From positions 1 to 35,371 of the forward strand of contig CAZPQT010000002.1 in NCBI GenBank assembly GCA_964589195.1: DNA of 35,371 bases, in the 5' to 3' direction. The DNA comes from an uncultured Candidatus Saccharibacteria bacterium. GTDB lineage: Bacteria; Patescibacteriota; Minisyncoccia; Portnoybacterales; UBA2143. The stretch's first letter is position 1. Every line of letters starts with the position of its first letter. A model generated the notes under the pieces. That model saw only the letters and a program-made list of their open reading frames with translations. It did no database searches and was not told the DNA's origin. Positions 24,243 through 32,351 of the stretch are shown here, piece after piece. The translations under genes were made by a program, and so were the position numbers.

Positions 24243-25691
24243 TTATTCTGTCTCCTCCCACATATCGGTCTGGTAATTTTCTTCAGTAGGGAAATAAGGC
24301 GGTGGGTTGTAAAGCAGATTATTGTCGTAGTTCAATTCAACATTGGCAAAGCCGGCGGCCCAGCACCAGGCCCAAAAACAATATTGGCCGCCAAATTCCC
24401 CTAAATAATTTGCCGCAATCGAGCCATTAATGATTAAGGTGCCTAATTGGTCGCCAAGGTCCTCCCGGCCAACTTGCCCCTCTTTAGCTACTAAAGCGGC
24501 ATTGATTTCTAAATCAGGCTGACCAGCATCTTTGTCAATCATGATATTATCTTGGGCAATTAAGCCGACTACGGCTTCCTCATCAGTATGTAATATGTCG
24601 TCTTGGATAATAATATCAGCTAAATTGTTAGCTCCCGGCAAATCAACGCCTGATAAATTAGCTGCTCCAATAGTAATCTGATTAGGACCGACTTCTCCTT
24701 TAACCCAGACAGTTGCTTCAGTAAAAATCAACCGGCTGGCCGGCCAAGGATAATTGCCCAAAAGTTCCGAGCCGCTAAAAGCGGGCAGAAACCATCCCCA
24801 AAAACTCCAACCGCTGGTCTGGTAAATGTCAATAGTAGAATTATCCTTCAATTCAATAATATAGCCAGATGGGTCCCAAAGTTCAATCAGACAGAACCAA
24901 TCAAATGGCCAGCAGTGTTTCTCCGGCGGCGGCAAATAGTAGTTTGTTCCCCAAGTCAAATCTTTCATTGTGTCCATTTTGCCAAGCAGAGCATTAAAAT
25001 CAATAATAGGCACGCCATCCTCGCGGCCGCCTAAGAAAACTTCAGCTGGTTCTTTAGTTGTCCAGACGCCTGGCTCAACTTCTTCTTCAGTGATAGGGTC
25101 AGGATGGGTCGTTTCAGAGGCCGTAGCTAAATTATAGATAACTCCATCAACTCTTAAATCTTCATTGGAATGGGCTCTGCCTTTAACAGTCATCCCTTCG
25201 GGCAAATAAGCCCGATGATTAATTAAAATGACGTATTCTCCCCAAGAAGGTTTTCTTCTTCTGACCCGGATAGTTCTTTTCATTTGAGGATAATCATTAG
25301 TCCAGCCAGTGGATTTAATCAGGACCGCATTGCTGCCAGGCAAGGGCAGAGTAATTTCTATTTGATAATGACCAATAACTGTGCCATATTGGTCTTTAAA
25401 GTCGCCTTGATAAGGGTCGGGAAAGCCAATGGTTTGGCCTTCAGCCCAGAATTGGGCTTGCTCTAATTCACTCAGACCTTCTAAGGCATGGGCTAAATAC
25501 CACTGATAATATTCAATGCCTGATTCAGCGATATGAAAAGATTGCTCTTTAGCGACCATTCGCTGACTGTTTCTGTATTGAATTAAAATATAGCCTACCA
25601 GACCAGATAAAATTAACAAAAAAACAGAGCTAAAAACCAAAACCAAGGTTAAGATAGTTCCTTTTTCGTTGAGTTGATTGAATGAGGGCAT
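24243..25691 (-). CDS. PilX-like / pilus-associated membrane-anchored protein, hypothetical
   Basis: 482 aa. The N-terminus NEKGTILTLVLVFSSVFLLILSGLVGYIL resembles the PilX N-terminal anchor. It lies directly downstream of two prepilin-like genes. The rest is unrecognised. Confidence 0.5.
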   Translation of the reverse strand: MPSFNQLNEKGTILTLVLVFSSVFLLILSGLVGYILIQYRNSQRMVAKEQSFHIAESGIEYYQWYLAHALEGLSELEQAQFWAEGQTIGFPDPYQGDFKDQYGTVIGHYQIEITLPLPGSNAVLIKSTGWTNDYPQMKRTIRVRRRKPSWGEYVILINHRAYLPEGMTVKGRAHSNEDLRVDGVIYNLATASETTHPDPITEEEVEPGVWTTKEPAEVFLGGREDGVPIIDFNALLGKMDTMKDLTWGTNYYLPPPEKHCWPFDWFCLIELWDPSGYIIELKDNSTIDIYQTSGWSFWGWFLPAFSGSELLGNYPWPASRLIFTEATVWVKGEVGPNQITIGAANLSGVDLPGANNLADIIIQDDILHTDEEAVVGLIAQDNIMIDKDAGQPDLEINAALVAKEGQVGREDLGDQLGTLIINGSIAANYLGEFGGQYCFWAWCWAAGFANVELNYDNNLLYNPPPYFPTEENYQTDMWEETE

Positions 25692-25719
25692 AATTTCGCC
25701 GGGAGTGATTATCGTTTGT

Positions 25720-26355
25720 TTAATAATTCTGTTTAGTATTTCTTAATTGGACTTTTGATTCAATTTCTAAAACCCCAGGGGCTCGTTCAGGATTAACATC
25801 TACGGCCATTTTAATACCAATTAAAGTGATTTCATCTAAAATATCACCTGGCACCGGAGTAGCTAAGGGCAGGTCAGTTTCTTTTCCGGCATGGGTTTGG
25901 TCATAAAAATAGAAGAGAGGGGTTGAGCTGGTATTTTTTACATAATCAGAAATAATTTTAATCTCTTCTGGGCCAGAATAATCAACGGGGTTTCCAGATG
26001 GTTTAATCATCCCCTTTTTTAGTTTTTCCTCTTCTAAAAAATAACGGACTCTTTTCACTTGGTCATCTTTGTCAATATCGCTATAGAAAATAATTTCAAA
26101 ATCATCACCGCTGGCCAAAAGATAAGTGCCGCTGTCCGACTGAATAGCTTCTCTTAATTCTTTGGTTAATTTGTTGACGCCGTTGCGGGCGCTGTCAATA
26201 GCCAGGGCTTGGGCCAGGGAAAAACCCTTGGCCCGATAAGCATAAATCATAAAACCGTTCACCGCTGTCAGGGCAAAAATAAATATACCCAAAACGACTA
26301 ATGTCTCAATAAGGGTAAATCCCCTTTGCTTTTTTTTGAATAATAATTTCATCAT
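25720..26355 (-). CDS. Prepilin-type N-terminal cleavage/methylation domain protein (minor pilin/pseudopilin-like)
   Basis: KKQRG|FTLIETLVVLGIFIFALTAV is a canonical class III signal with Glu at +5. ATGA overlap with the upstream gene. Confidence 0.8.
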   Translation of the reverse strand: MMKLLFKKKQRGFTLIETLVVLGIFIFALTAVNGFMIYAYRAKGFSLAQALAIDSARNGVNKLTKELREAIQSDSGTYLLASGDDFEIIFYSDIDKDDQVKRVRYFLEEEKLKKGMIKPSGNPVDYSGPEEIKIISDYVKNTSSTPLFYFYDQTHAGKETDLPLATPVPGDILDEITLIGIKMAVDVNPERAPGVLEIESKVQLRNTKQNY

Positions 26356-27677
26356 TCCAAAGGAATTAGTTCAATAATTGCTTCAGTAAAATCATTAATT
26401 GTTTGGGGACCGGAATAATCTTGGTAGCCGGTTTTAGAAACCGATAAAGTATAATTGCCATCAATTAAATCCTCTTCATCAAAAGGGAAAATAGCAAGGC
26501 CGTCTTCATTGCTTTGAGAAGTTTTATCGTAGGCCAGATTAGATAATCTGACTATTGCCCCCGAAAGACCATTGCCAGTGGAAGCATCTTTAACTAAGAG
26601 GCGCAAGTAGGACTGGTCAACAGGCGCCAGGGTAATAGTAATTGATTGCTGAATGTCCGATTCAACAATAAGTGGTCTTTCTAAATTGGGCGTTAAAACA
26701 GCGTAATCAGAACTGATTACTTCGAGATAATATTCGCCGCTGCTCATATTATTAAGCTGTTTTTCTCCACTAGCATCGGTAACTAAATAGTCGTTTTCAT
26801 AAGAATAGACCTTTGAATCATCAATGGGATTTATACCGATGGCCCGGCCTCCTTTTAGGGTGAAGGGAATTTGGGCTAAGGGCTGATTCTGGTCGTCAAC
26901 TGTTTGAACATTGATAGCGCTCACTTTGGCAATAAGGAAATATCTGGTTGTTTTATCTCCTTCAATAAGCTGGGCCTGAGAATATTCTGGTTCCGGGTCA
27001 AGTGATGCCGAGACCGAATAAGTCCGGTGTTCGTCATAACCGGTTTGACTGACATGGATTTCATAGTCATTTGAAGGAGGCAGACCGGGTCGAGAAAGCC
27101 AGCCATTATCGTCAGTGGTTGTAAAAATATAGACCGCTGGTTCAACTTGGTCATTAATTATCTCTGTTTGGGCATTAACGATCGGCTGACCGGATTGGCT
27201 GTCATTAACATAAAGCGAAAGAGTGCCGCCGCTAACTTCTGATTCTAAATTAGGCGGGCTAAGATTAGCTATTTCCACGACCGACTTAATCAATTCATGT
27301 TCTGACCAGGTTATGGCTACTCTGGCTTTTTTGTAATCAGCCGCCAGTTCGTCATCAGGAGATATTCCATCAAAGGGGTCATCAATATAGATAATATCGG
27401 TGGTGATAGTGTAGAGCCGATTATCTTTTTCTTTGGTTCTGATTTGAGGAATTTCGCCAGGCGGCACACCGTCTTGAGTGCCAATATCTTGATAGGGCAA
27501 GTTTCTAATGATTTCTATTTGCTCATTAGCCAGAGCCAAGGCAACAGTCCGACCTTGTGACTGAGCTAAGACCCTAAAAAGTAATTGGAATCCGGTAAAA
27601 ATACCGAGCATTACAATAACCAGCAGAGCGGTTCCGACCAAAACATCTATAAAAGTAAAACCATTTTTATGTCTCAT
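26352..27677 (-). CDS. Large prepilin-like protein (minor pilin-like) with beta-sandwich repeats
   Basis: MRHKNG|FTFIDVLVGTALLVIVMLGIF is a prepilin-like N-terminus, but with Asp at +5. The 441-aa body contains repeated segments resembling carboxypeptidase-regulatory-like or Ig-like domains (LSLYVNDSQSGQPIVNAQTEI.., LRLLVKDASTGNGLSGAIVRL..). Confidence 0.65.
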   Translation of the reverse strand: MRHKNGFTFIDVLVGTALLVIVMLGIFTGFQLLFRVLAQSQGRTVALALANEQIEIIRNLPYQDIGTQDGVPPGEIPQIRTKEKDNRLYTITTDIIYIDDPFDGISPDDELAADYKKARVAITWSEHELIKSVVEIANLSPPNLESEVSGGTLSLYVNDSQSGQPIVNAQTEIINDQVEPAVYIFTTTDDNGWLSRPGLPPSNDYEIHVSQTGYDEHRTYSVSASLDPEPEYSQAQLIEGDKTTRYFLIAKVSAINVQTVDDQNQPLAQIPFTLKGGRAIGINPIDDSKVYSYENDYLVTDASGEKQLNNMSSGEYYLEVISSDYAVLTPNLERPLIVESDIQQSITITLAPVDQSYLRLLVKDASTGNGLSGAIVRLSNLAYDKTSQSNEDGLAIFPFDEEDLIDGNYTLSVSKTGYQDYSGPQTINDFTEAIIELIPLE

Positions 27678-27693
27678 CTTAAGATTATATCAC

Positions 27694-27720
27694 AAAAAAC
27701 AGCCCTTGCCATTAGGACTG
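27694..27720 (-). terminator. Rho-independent terminator candidate downstream of pilC
   Basis: On the minus strand: CAGTCCT-AATGGCA-AGGGCTG (7-bp stem including one G.U pair) followed by TTTTTT. The stem arms resemble the inner arms of the GGAC-N-GTCC repeat family. Confidence 0.5.
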
Positions 27721-27745
27721 CTTGATTAATTTAAAACCGAAATTT

Positions 27746-28972
27746 TTAAAGCCCGCCCATCATTGAATACATTGGTTGAATCATAGAAATAGCAAAGAAA
27801 CCAACGGCGGCCCCAATAACAACCATAATCACCGGCTCAATGATAGAAGATAAATTTTTGGTTGTATTATCAATTTCTTCTTCGTAAAAATCAGCCAAGT
27901 TTTTTAAAATATCAGACAAGCTGCCAGTTTGTTCGCCGACTTGAATCATCTGGACGACCATGGGCGGGTAAAGATTCTTATAGTTGATTAAAGCCTGACT
28001 TAATTCTTTGCCTCTTTGGACTTGTTCGGCTGAATTAATTAGGGCTTCTTTGAAATGGACATTACCCAAGGTGCCGGCGACGATTTGCAAGGCCTTAACA
28101 ATGGCCAGGCCGCTTTCCATCAAAGAACTTAGCGACCGGGCAAAACGAGCTGAATTAGTTTTTTGGACTAAATTACCCAAGATAGGCAAATGAAGATAGA
28201 TTTTATCAAGAACCCTTTTGAATTTCTTGTTTCTTAGACCAAATCGGAGAAGAATAATCGAGCCGATGAAGCTCATTAAACCTAGGAATAAATGATTTTT
28301 TAAGAAATTACTCAAACCAATGACTATCTGAGTGCTTAAGGGTAGTTCCATATTAAATTCAGTAAAAACTTCAGTCAATTTTGGAACAACCATAATCATC
28401 ATTAAAATACCAATGCCAATCATAGCCGTAATAATTACCGCTGGATACATCATGGCTCCTCTGACTCGGCTGATTAATTCGTGGTCTTTCCTCATTTGTT
28501 CAGCTAGAATTTTTAAAACTTTATCTAAATTGCCACTGGTTTCACCAATCCGAACCATACTAATATAGAGCTCATTAAAGACCTTGGGCTCTTTGGCTAA
28601 GCAATCACTCAGAGGCTGACCGCGGCGGAGATCTTCTTCTACCCGGCCAATAATCTTTTTAAATTTCGGATTTTTAGTTTGTTCAGCCAGGACGCGCAGA
28701 GCTTGATTGAGAGAAAGGCCAGCTTTAATCATAATTGACAAATGCCGGCTAAAAATCATTTTTTCAACCAAAGAAATCCGTCCTATTCTTTGAAGAAAAT
28801 CTTTTAAGTCAAAATGACCAGCTTTTTCTTTTTGAGCAGTTGTTTCAGCGGAAATTAAAACTAGGTCCTGTTCTCGGAGAATAGCCGCTAACTCGTGCTT
28901 GTTGATTGCTTCTAATGTTCCCGCCTTGTTCTCTCCTTTTTTAGTTTTGGCTATGTAGAGATAAGTAGGCAT
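27746..28972 (-). CDS. pilC: Type IV pilus / T2SS platform protein PilC (GspF family)
   Basis: 408 aa with two GspF-type repeats (FSRHLSIMIKAGLSLNQALRVLAEQ and FARSLSSLMESGLAIVKALQIVAG) and three TM helices. It lies adjacent to pilB. Confidence 0.9.
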   Translation of the reverse strand: MPTYLYIAKTKKGENKAGTLEAINKHELAAILREQDLVLISAETTAQKEKAGHFDLKDFLQRIGRISLVEKMIFSRHLSIMIKAGLSLNQALRVLAEQTKNPKFKKIIGRVEEDLRRGQPLSDCLAKEPKVFNELYISMVRIGETSGNLDKVLKILAEQMRKDHELISRVRGAMMYPAVIITAMIGIGILMMIMVVPKLTEVFTEFNMELPLSTQIVIGLSNFLKNHLFLGLMSFIGSIILLRFGLRNKKFKRVLDKIYLHLPILGNLVQKTNSARFARSLSSLMESGLAIVKALQIVAGTLGNVHFKEALINSAEQVQRGKELSQALINYKNLYPPMVVQMIQVGEQTGSLSDILKNLADFYEEEIDNTTKNLSSIIEPVIMVVIGAAVGFFAISMIQPMYSMMGGL

Positions 28973-29000
28973 GAATTTAAATTTCTAATATCTAAATCCT

Positions 29001-29067
29001 GTCAAGGACTGTATCTTAGGGACAGTCCCTATGTTACAGTCCTTGGTATGACGAGGACAGTCCTTGA
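29001..29067. repeat. Composite/rearranged copy of the GGAC-N-GTCC palindromic element between pilB and pilC
   Basis: 29004-29030 (AAGGACTGTATCTTAGGGACAGTCCCT) is identical to the right arm of the copy at 22313-22339. TCAAGGACTGT (29002-29012) pairs with ACAGTCCTTGA (29057-29067). Confidence 0.8.
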
Positions 29068-29100
29068 ATTGATAGAAATTAGGATTTTGGATTTAGGAAT
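29053..29100 (+). repeat. Inverted-repeat arm abutting the pilB stop codon (partner at 30850-30898)
   Basis: GAGGACAGTCCTTGAATTGATAGAAATTAGGATTTTGGATTTAGGAATT matches the reverse complement of 30850-30898 at 44 of 49 positions by hand alignment. Confidence 0.8.
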
Positions 29101-30849
29101 TTAATCTTGACTGACCCTCAAAACCTCTTCAATGCTAGTTTGTCCCTGGGCGGCCTTAATAAAACCATCTTCAAGCATAGTCAGCAAACCTTCTTTTTTA
29201 GCTTGTTCCTCAATTTGGCCAGAGGTAGCTTCTTTAATGATTAGGTCCTTGATTGTCTCACTGAGTTCAAGAACCTCATAGATACCAACCCGGCCTTTGT
29301 ATCCGTCAGGACAATTTTCTGATTTGCCTGGTCGATAAAATTCAAGAGATGACCAATCGGCTTTTGAAGGAAGAATTTTTTCTTCTTTAAGGATTTTAAG
29401 AATTCTTTCTAAATCGAATTGGTTTTGAAGACTCTTGAGCTCAGCTGGATCGAGTTTGTATTTTTGTTTTGTCTCCGGACAAAGTCGGCGAACTAATCGT
29501 TGAGCTATAATAACATTGGTCGTTGAGGCAATAAGGAAGGGTTCGGCTTTCATATCAATCAGCCGGGGAAAAGTCCCGGCCGCGTTATTGGTGTGTAAAG
29601 TAGAAAGGACCAGATGGCCGGTTAGAGCAGCGTTGATAACCAAACTAGCTGTTTCATTATCCCTAATCTCACCAACCATAATGATGTCCGGGTCTTGACG
29701 AACTAAGGCGCGTAAGCCGTTGGCAAAGGTCAGGCCGATTTTTGGTTTGACTTGGGTTTGATTAATTCGAGGCATGCGGTATTCAATCGGGTCTTCAACG
29801 GTTGAAATATTGACGCCTGGTTCATTAAGAATATCCATAATTGTATAAAGAGTGGTTGTTTTGCCGCAGCCAGTTGGCCCGGTGACTAAAATCATCCCAT
29901 TTGGCTTTTTGATGTTTTGATGAATTCTTTCCAGGGCTTTACTTCTTAGACCTAATTTTTCTAAAGTTAAGCCCTTAGCATCTTCCGGGAGAAGTCGGCA
30001 GACAATTTTTTCTCCATCATAAACCGGCAGAATGGAAACTCGGAAAGAAATTTTGTATGCTTCGGTTTCAATTTTAAAACGGCCGTCTTGGGGCAAACGA
30101 TGTTCATCTAATTTTAGATTAGATAGGACCTTAATCCGAGCGACCACGCCTGAACGAATCTTTCTGGGCAGGGTCATGGCATCATGTAAAATGCCATCAA
30201 GGCGATAGCGAACAATAACTTCTTTTTCCAGAGGTTCAATATGAATATCCGAGGCCTGCTGTAAAATTGCGTGCTTAAGCAGCGTATCTACAATCTTAAT
30301 AATGGGCATTTGTTCGGCTGCTTTTTCTAACTCTTCCTTACTTTCTTCTCCTTCTTTTTCTGGCAGAGTGACTATTTTGGATTCTTCTTTAATTAATTCG
30401 CCGAATTCGGCTTCTAAACTTTTTTGATATTGCTTGAGGGCATTTTTAATACTGACTGAATTAGTTAACCGAGGCAGGATTTTTAAGTCGGATTTCTTTT
30501 TAATAAATTCAATTGTCTGCAGGTCATCTGGATTAAGCATAGCCACTTCTAATTCTTTGCCTTTCTTGCGGAAAGCAATAATATTGTGTCGCCGAGCAAT
30601 TGGTTCGGGAATAATTTGCAGAATTTCTTCAGGGATAGTTTCTTTCTCTAAATTGACAAAAGGAATGCCGAGGATATAGGCCTCTAGCTTGATTAGTTGT
30701 TCTGGGCTAATTATTTTATCTTTAACTAAAACTTGAGCCAATTCCTCATTGGTTTCTTTTGCCTTTTCTTCAGCCCGGTCTAATTTTTCTTGAGTGGTCA
30801 GCCCAGTGTCAAGAATAAAGGCCTTGATTTGTGAATCTTCAACCTGCAT
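29101..30849 (-). CDS. pilB: Type IV pilus assembly ATPase PilB (GspE family)
   Basis: N-terminal T2SSE_N-like domain. Walker A GPTGCGKTTT. Walker B/Asp box DIIMVGEIRD. His box TGHLVLSTLHTN. Cys pairs CPETKQ...CPDGYKGR. I prefer the ATG at 30849 (MQVEDSQ..) over the upstream in-frame TTG at 30882 used by the ORF track. Confidence 0.9.
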   Translation of the reverse strand: MQVEDSQIKAFILDTGLTTQEKLDRAEEKAKETNEELAQVLVKDKIISPEQLIKLEAYILGIPFVNLEKETIPEEILQIIPEPIARRHNIIAFRKKGKELEVAMLNPDDLQTIEFIKKKSDLKILPRLTNSVSIKNALKQYQKSLEAEFGELIKEESKIVTLPEKEGEESKEELEKAAEQMPIIKIVDTLLKHAILQQASDIHIEPLEKEVIVRYRLDGILHDAMTLPRKIRSGVVARIKVLSNLKLDEHRLPQDGRFKIETEAYKISFRVSILPVYDGEKIVCRLLPEDAKGLTLEKLGLRSKALERIHQNIKKPNGMILVTGPTGCGKTTTLYTIMDILNEPGVNISTVEDPIEYRMPRINQTQVKPKIGLTFANGLRALVRQDPDIIMVGEIRDNETASLVINAALTGHLVLSTLHTNNAAGTFPRLIDMKAEPFLIASTTNVIIAQRLVRRLCPETKQKYKLDPAELKSLQNQFDLERILKILKEEKILPSKADWSSLEFYRPGKSENCPDGYKGRVGIYEVLELSETIKDLIIKEATSGQIEEQAKKEGLLTMLEDGFIKAAQGQTSIEEVLRVSQD

Positions 30850-30898
30850 AATTTGTAAATCCAAAACCCTAATTTCTATCAATCCAAGGACTGTCCTT
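30850..30898 (-). repeat. Inverted-repeat arm abutting the pilB start codon (partner at 29053-29100)
   Basis: The minus strand reads AAGGACAGTCCTTGGATTGATAGAAATTAGGGTTTTGGATTTACAAATT, immediately followed by the ATG. It includes the core palindrome CCAAGGAC-T-GTCCTTGG (30884-30900). Confidence 0.8.
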
Positions 30899-30922
30899 GG
30901 CAGAATTCAGATATCAAAAATT

Positions 30923-31288
30923 TTACCGGAGGATTCCTTTTATCTTTTTAGCCACTTCTTCTAATTCATAATTAGCTTTGACTAAATAAGTGGTTGCTCC
31001 CAAGGAGAGAGCTTTTTCTACGTCGGTGCCTCCTTCTAAATTAGTCAGAATAATCACCGGGATATTCTTGGTTGCGGCGTCTTGTTTAAGTTCCTTAAGA
31101 ACCTCAAAGCCGTCTTTCTTAGGCAGAATTAAATCCAAAAGAATTAAATCCGGCTTGAATTTTTTAGCCAGAGCCAAGCCGATTTCGCCGTCTAAGGCGC
31201 TTTTTGTCTGATAACCTTCGTTTTCTAAAAATTGACCGACTGCCTTTTGAAAGGCAGGTTCATCTTCGATAAAAAGAATTGTTTTCAT
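30923..31288 (-). CDS. Stand-alone CheY-like response regulator receiver protein
   Basis: MKTILFIEDE..., DLILLDLILPKKDG (phospho-acceptor Asp), ILTN, YLVKA. There is no output domain. The ORF track extends to a GTG at 31360, but receiver domains normally start a few residues before the acidic pair. Confidence 0.8.
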   Translation of the reverse strand: MKTILFIEDEPAFQKAVGQFLENEGYQTKSALDGEIGLALAKKFKPDLILLDLILPKKDGFEVLKELKQDAATKNIPVIILTNLEGGTDVEKALSLGATTYLVKANYELEEVAKKIKGILR

Positions 31289-31366
31289 AATTTTAGCAAA
31301 CAGCGAACAATGAATAGTAATTAAATTTTGAATTAACCTTGAATTAGTATTCTTGTTCACCGCCCA

Positions 31367-32308
31367 TTATTTTATTGGAATTTCAAACCAAAAAATTGAC
31401 CCTTTGTCTTCTTGACTTTTAAAGCCAATTTTACCACCCGAGGCCTCAATAGTTGATTTACTAATAAAGAGACCTAAGCCAGTTCCTTCGGTTTGGTATT
31501 TCATAATATTTCGACTGCGAAAGAATTTTTGGAAAATTTTCCCCTGGTCTTTCAGAGGAATGCCCACCCCGTTATCCTGGACCTGACATCTAATCATATT
31601 TTTTTTTCTTTTTAAGCTGATTTTAACCCGGCCTTGGTTTTTGATATATCTAATCGCATTATCAATTAAATTCTGAATAACTACCTTTATTCCTTGGGGG
31701 TCAATGGAAATAAGGGGAATATTTTGAGCTATTTCCAAGGACAAACTAATATTACCTGCCTTGGCTAAGGGGAGATAATCTTTGATTAAATTTTGGATTA
31801 CTTCTTTTAAAGCAATCTTTTCTGGCCGCAGACCTAATTTTCCTTGCTCAATCCGAGAAACATTAAGCAAATCATTAACCAAATCAGTCATGCGTTGATT
31901 GCTTTCTTTGATTGTTTTCAGTTTTTCTAATTGTCTCTCGGTCAATCCCCCTATTTTCATCATTAAGCTGATTGTCCATTTAATACTGGTTAAGGGAGTG
32001 CGCAACTGATGAGAAACAATATTAACGAATTCTGATTTAAGTTGGTTAGCTTCAGCCAATTTTTCAAATCCTTGAATAACAAAATAGCTGATAATGGTTA
32101 ATATGGTCGTTACCCCAATAACAATTAAAGCAACAATTTCTGGTTGGTTGGTATATTTAGTAGCCACCAGATAAGTGCCCAGCATAGCTGAAATGGTAAT
32201 CAGACCGATTAAGATAATTAGAAAACTGGGACATTGCCAGAGGGAAAGATGGTATTTACGGCATTGTTTAATAAAATTTAATTGCTGGAGAATTTTTTTA
32301 AAAGACAT
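31367..32308 (-). CDS. Sensor histidine kinase
   Basis: Two N-terminal TM helices. H-box FVNIVSHQLRTPLTSI. N-box QNLIDNAIRY. G1 DNGVGIP. G2 GTGLGLFISK. Confidence 0.9.
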   Translation of the reverse strand: MSFKKILQQLNFIKQCRKYHLSLWQCPSFLIILIGLITISAMLGTYLVATKYTNQPEIVALIVIGVTTILTIISYFVIQGFEKLAEANQLKSEFVNIVSHQLRTPLTSIKWTISLMMKIGGLTERQLEKLKTIKESNQRMTDLVNDLLNVSRIEQGKLGLRPEKIALKEVIQNLIKDYLPLAKAGNISLSLEIAQNIPLISIDPQGIKVVIQNLIDNAIRYIKNQGRVKISLKRKKNMIRCQVQDNGVGIPLKDQGKIFQKFFRSRNIMKYQTEGTGLGLFISKSTIEASGGKIGFKSQEDKGSIFWFEIPIK

Positions 32309-32320
32309 GAATTTGCCATT

Positions 32321-32349
32321 ATTATACCATAGTTAAAAAATTAGACCAA
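32321..32349 (-). promoter_or_regulatory. Candidate promoter of the kinase-regulator-pil operon (short leader)
   Basis: On the minus strand: TTGGTC (32349-32344), a 17-nt spacer, then TGgTATAAT (-10 hexamer at 32326-32321). 12 nt separate the -10 element from the ATG at 32308, and there is no Shine-Dalgarno sequence. Confidence 0.4.
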
Positions 32350-32351
32350 CT

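Noticed and set aside
30850-31360. Longer N-terminal extensions: a TTG start at 30882 for pilB and a GTG start at 31360 for the receiver protein
   Set aside because: The extensions (MIEIRVLDLQI and MNKNTNSRLIQNLITIHCSLFAKI) precede in-frame ATGs at positions typical for these families. The pilB extension would be translated from repeat sequence. This is not fully excluded.
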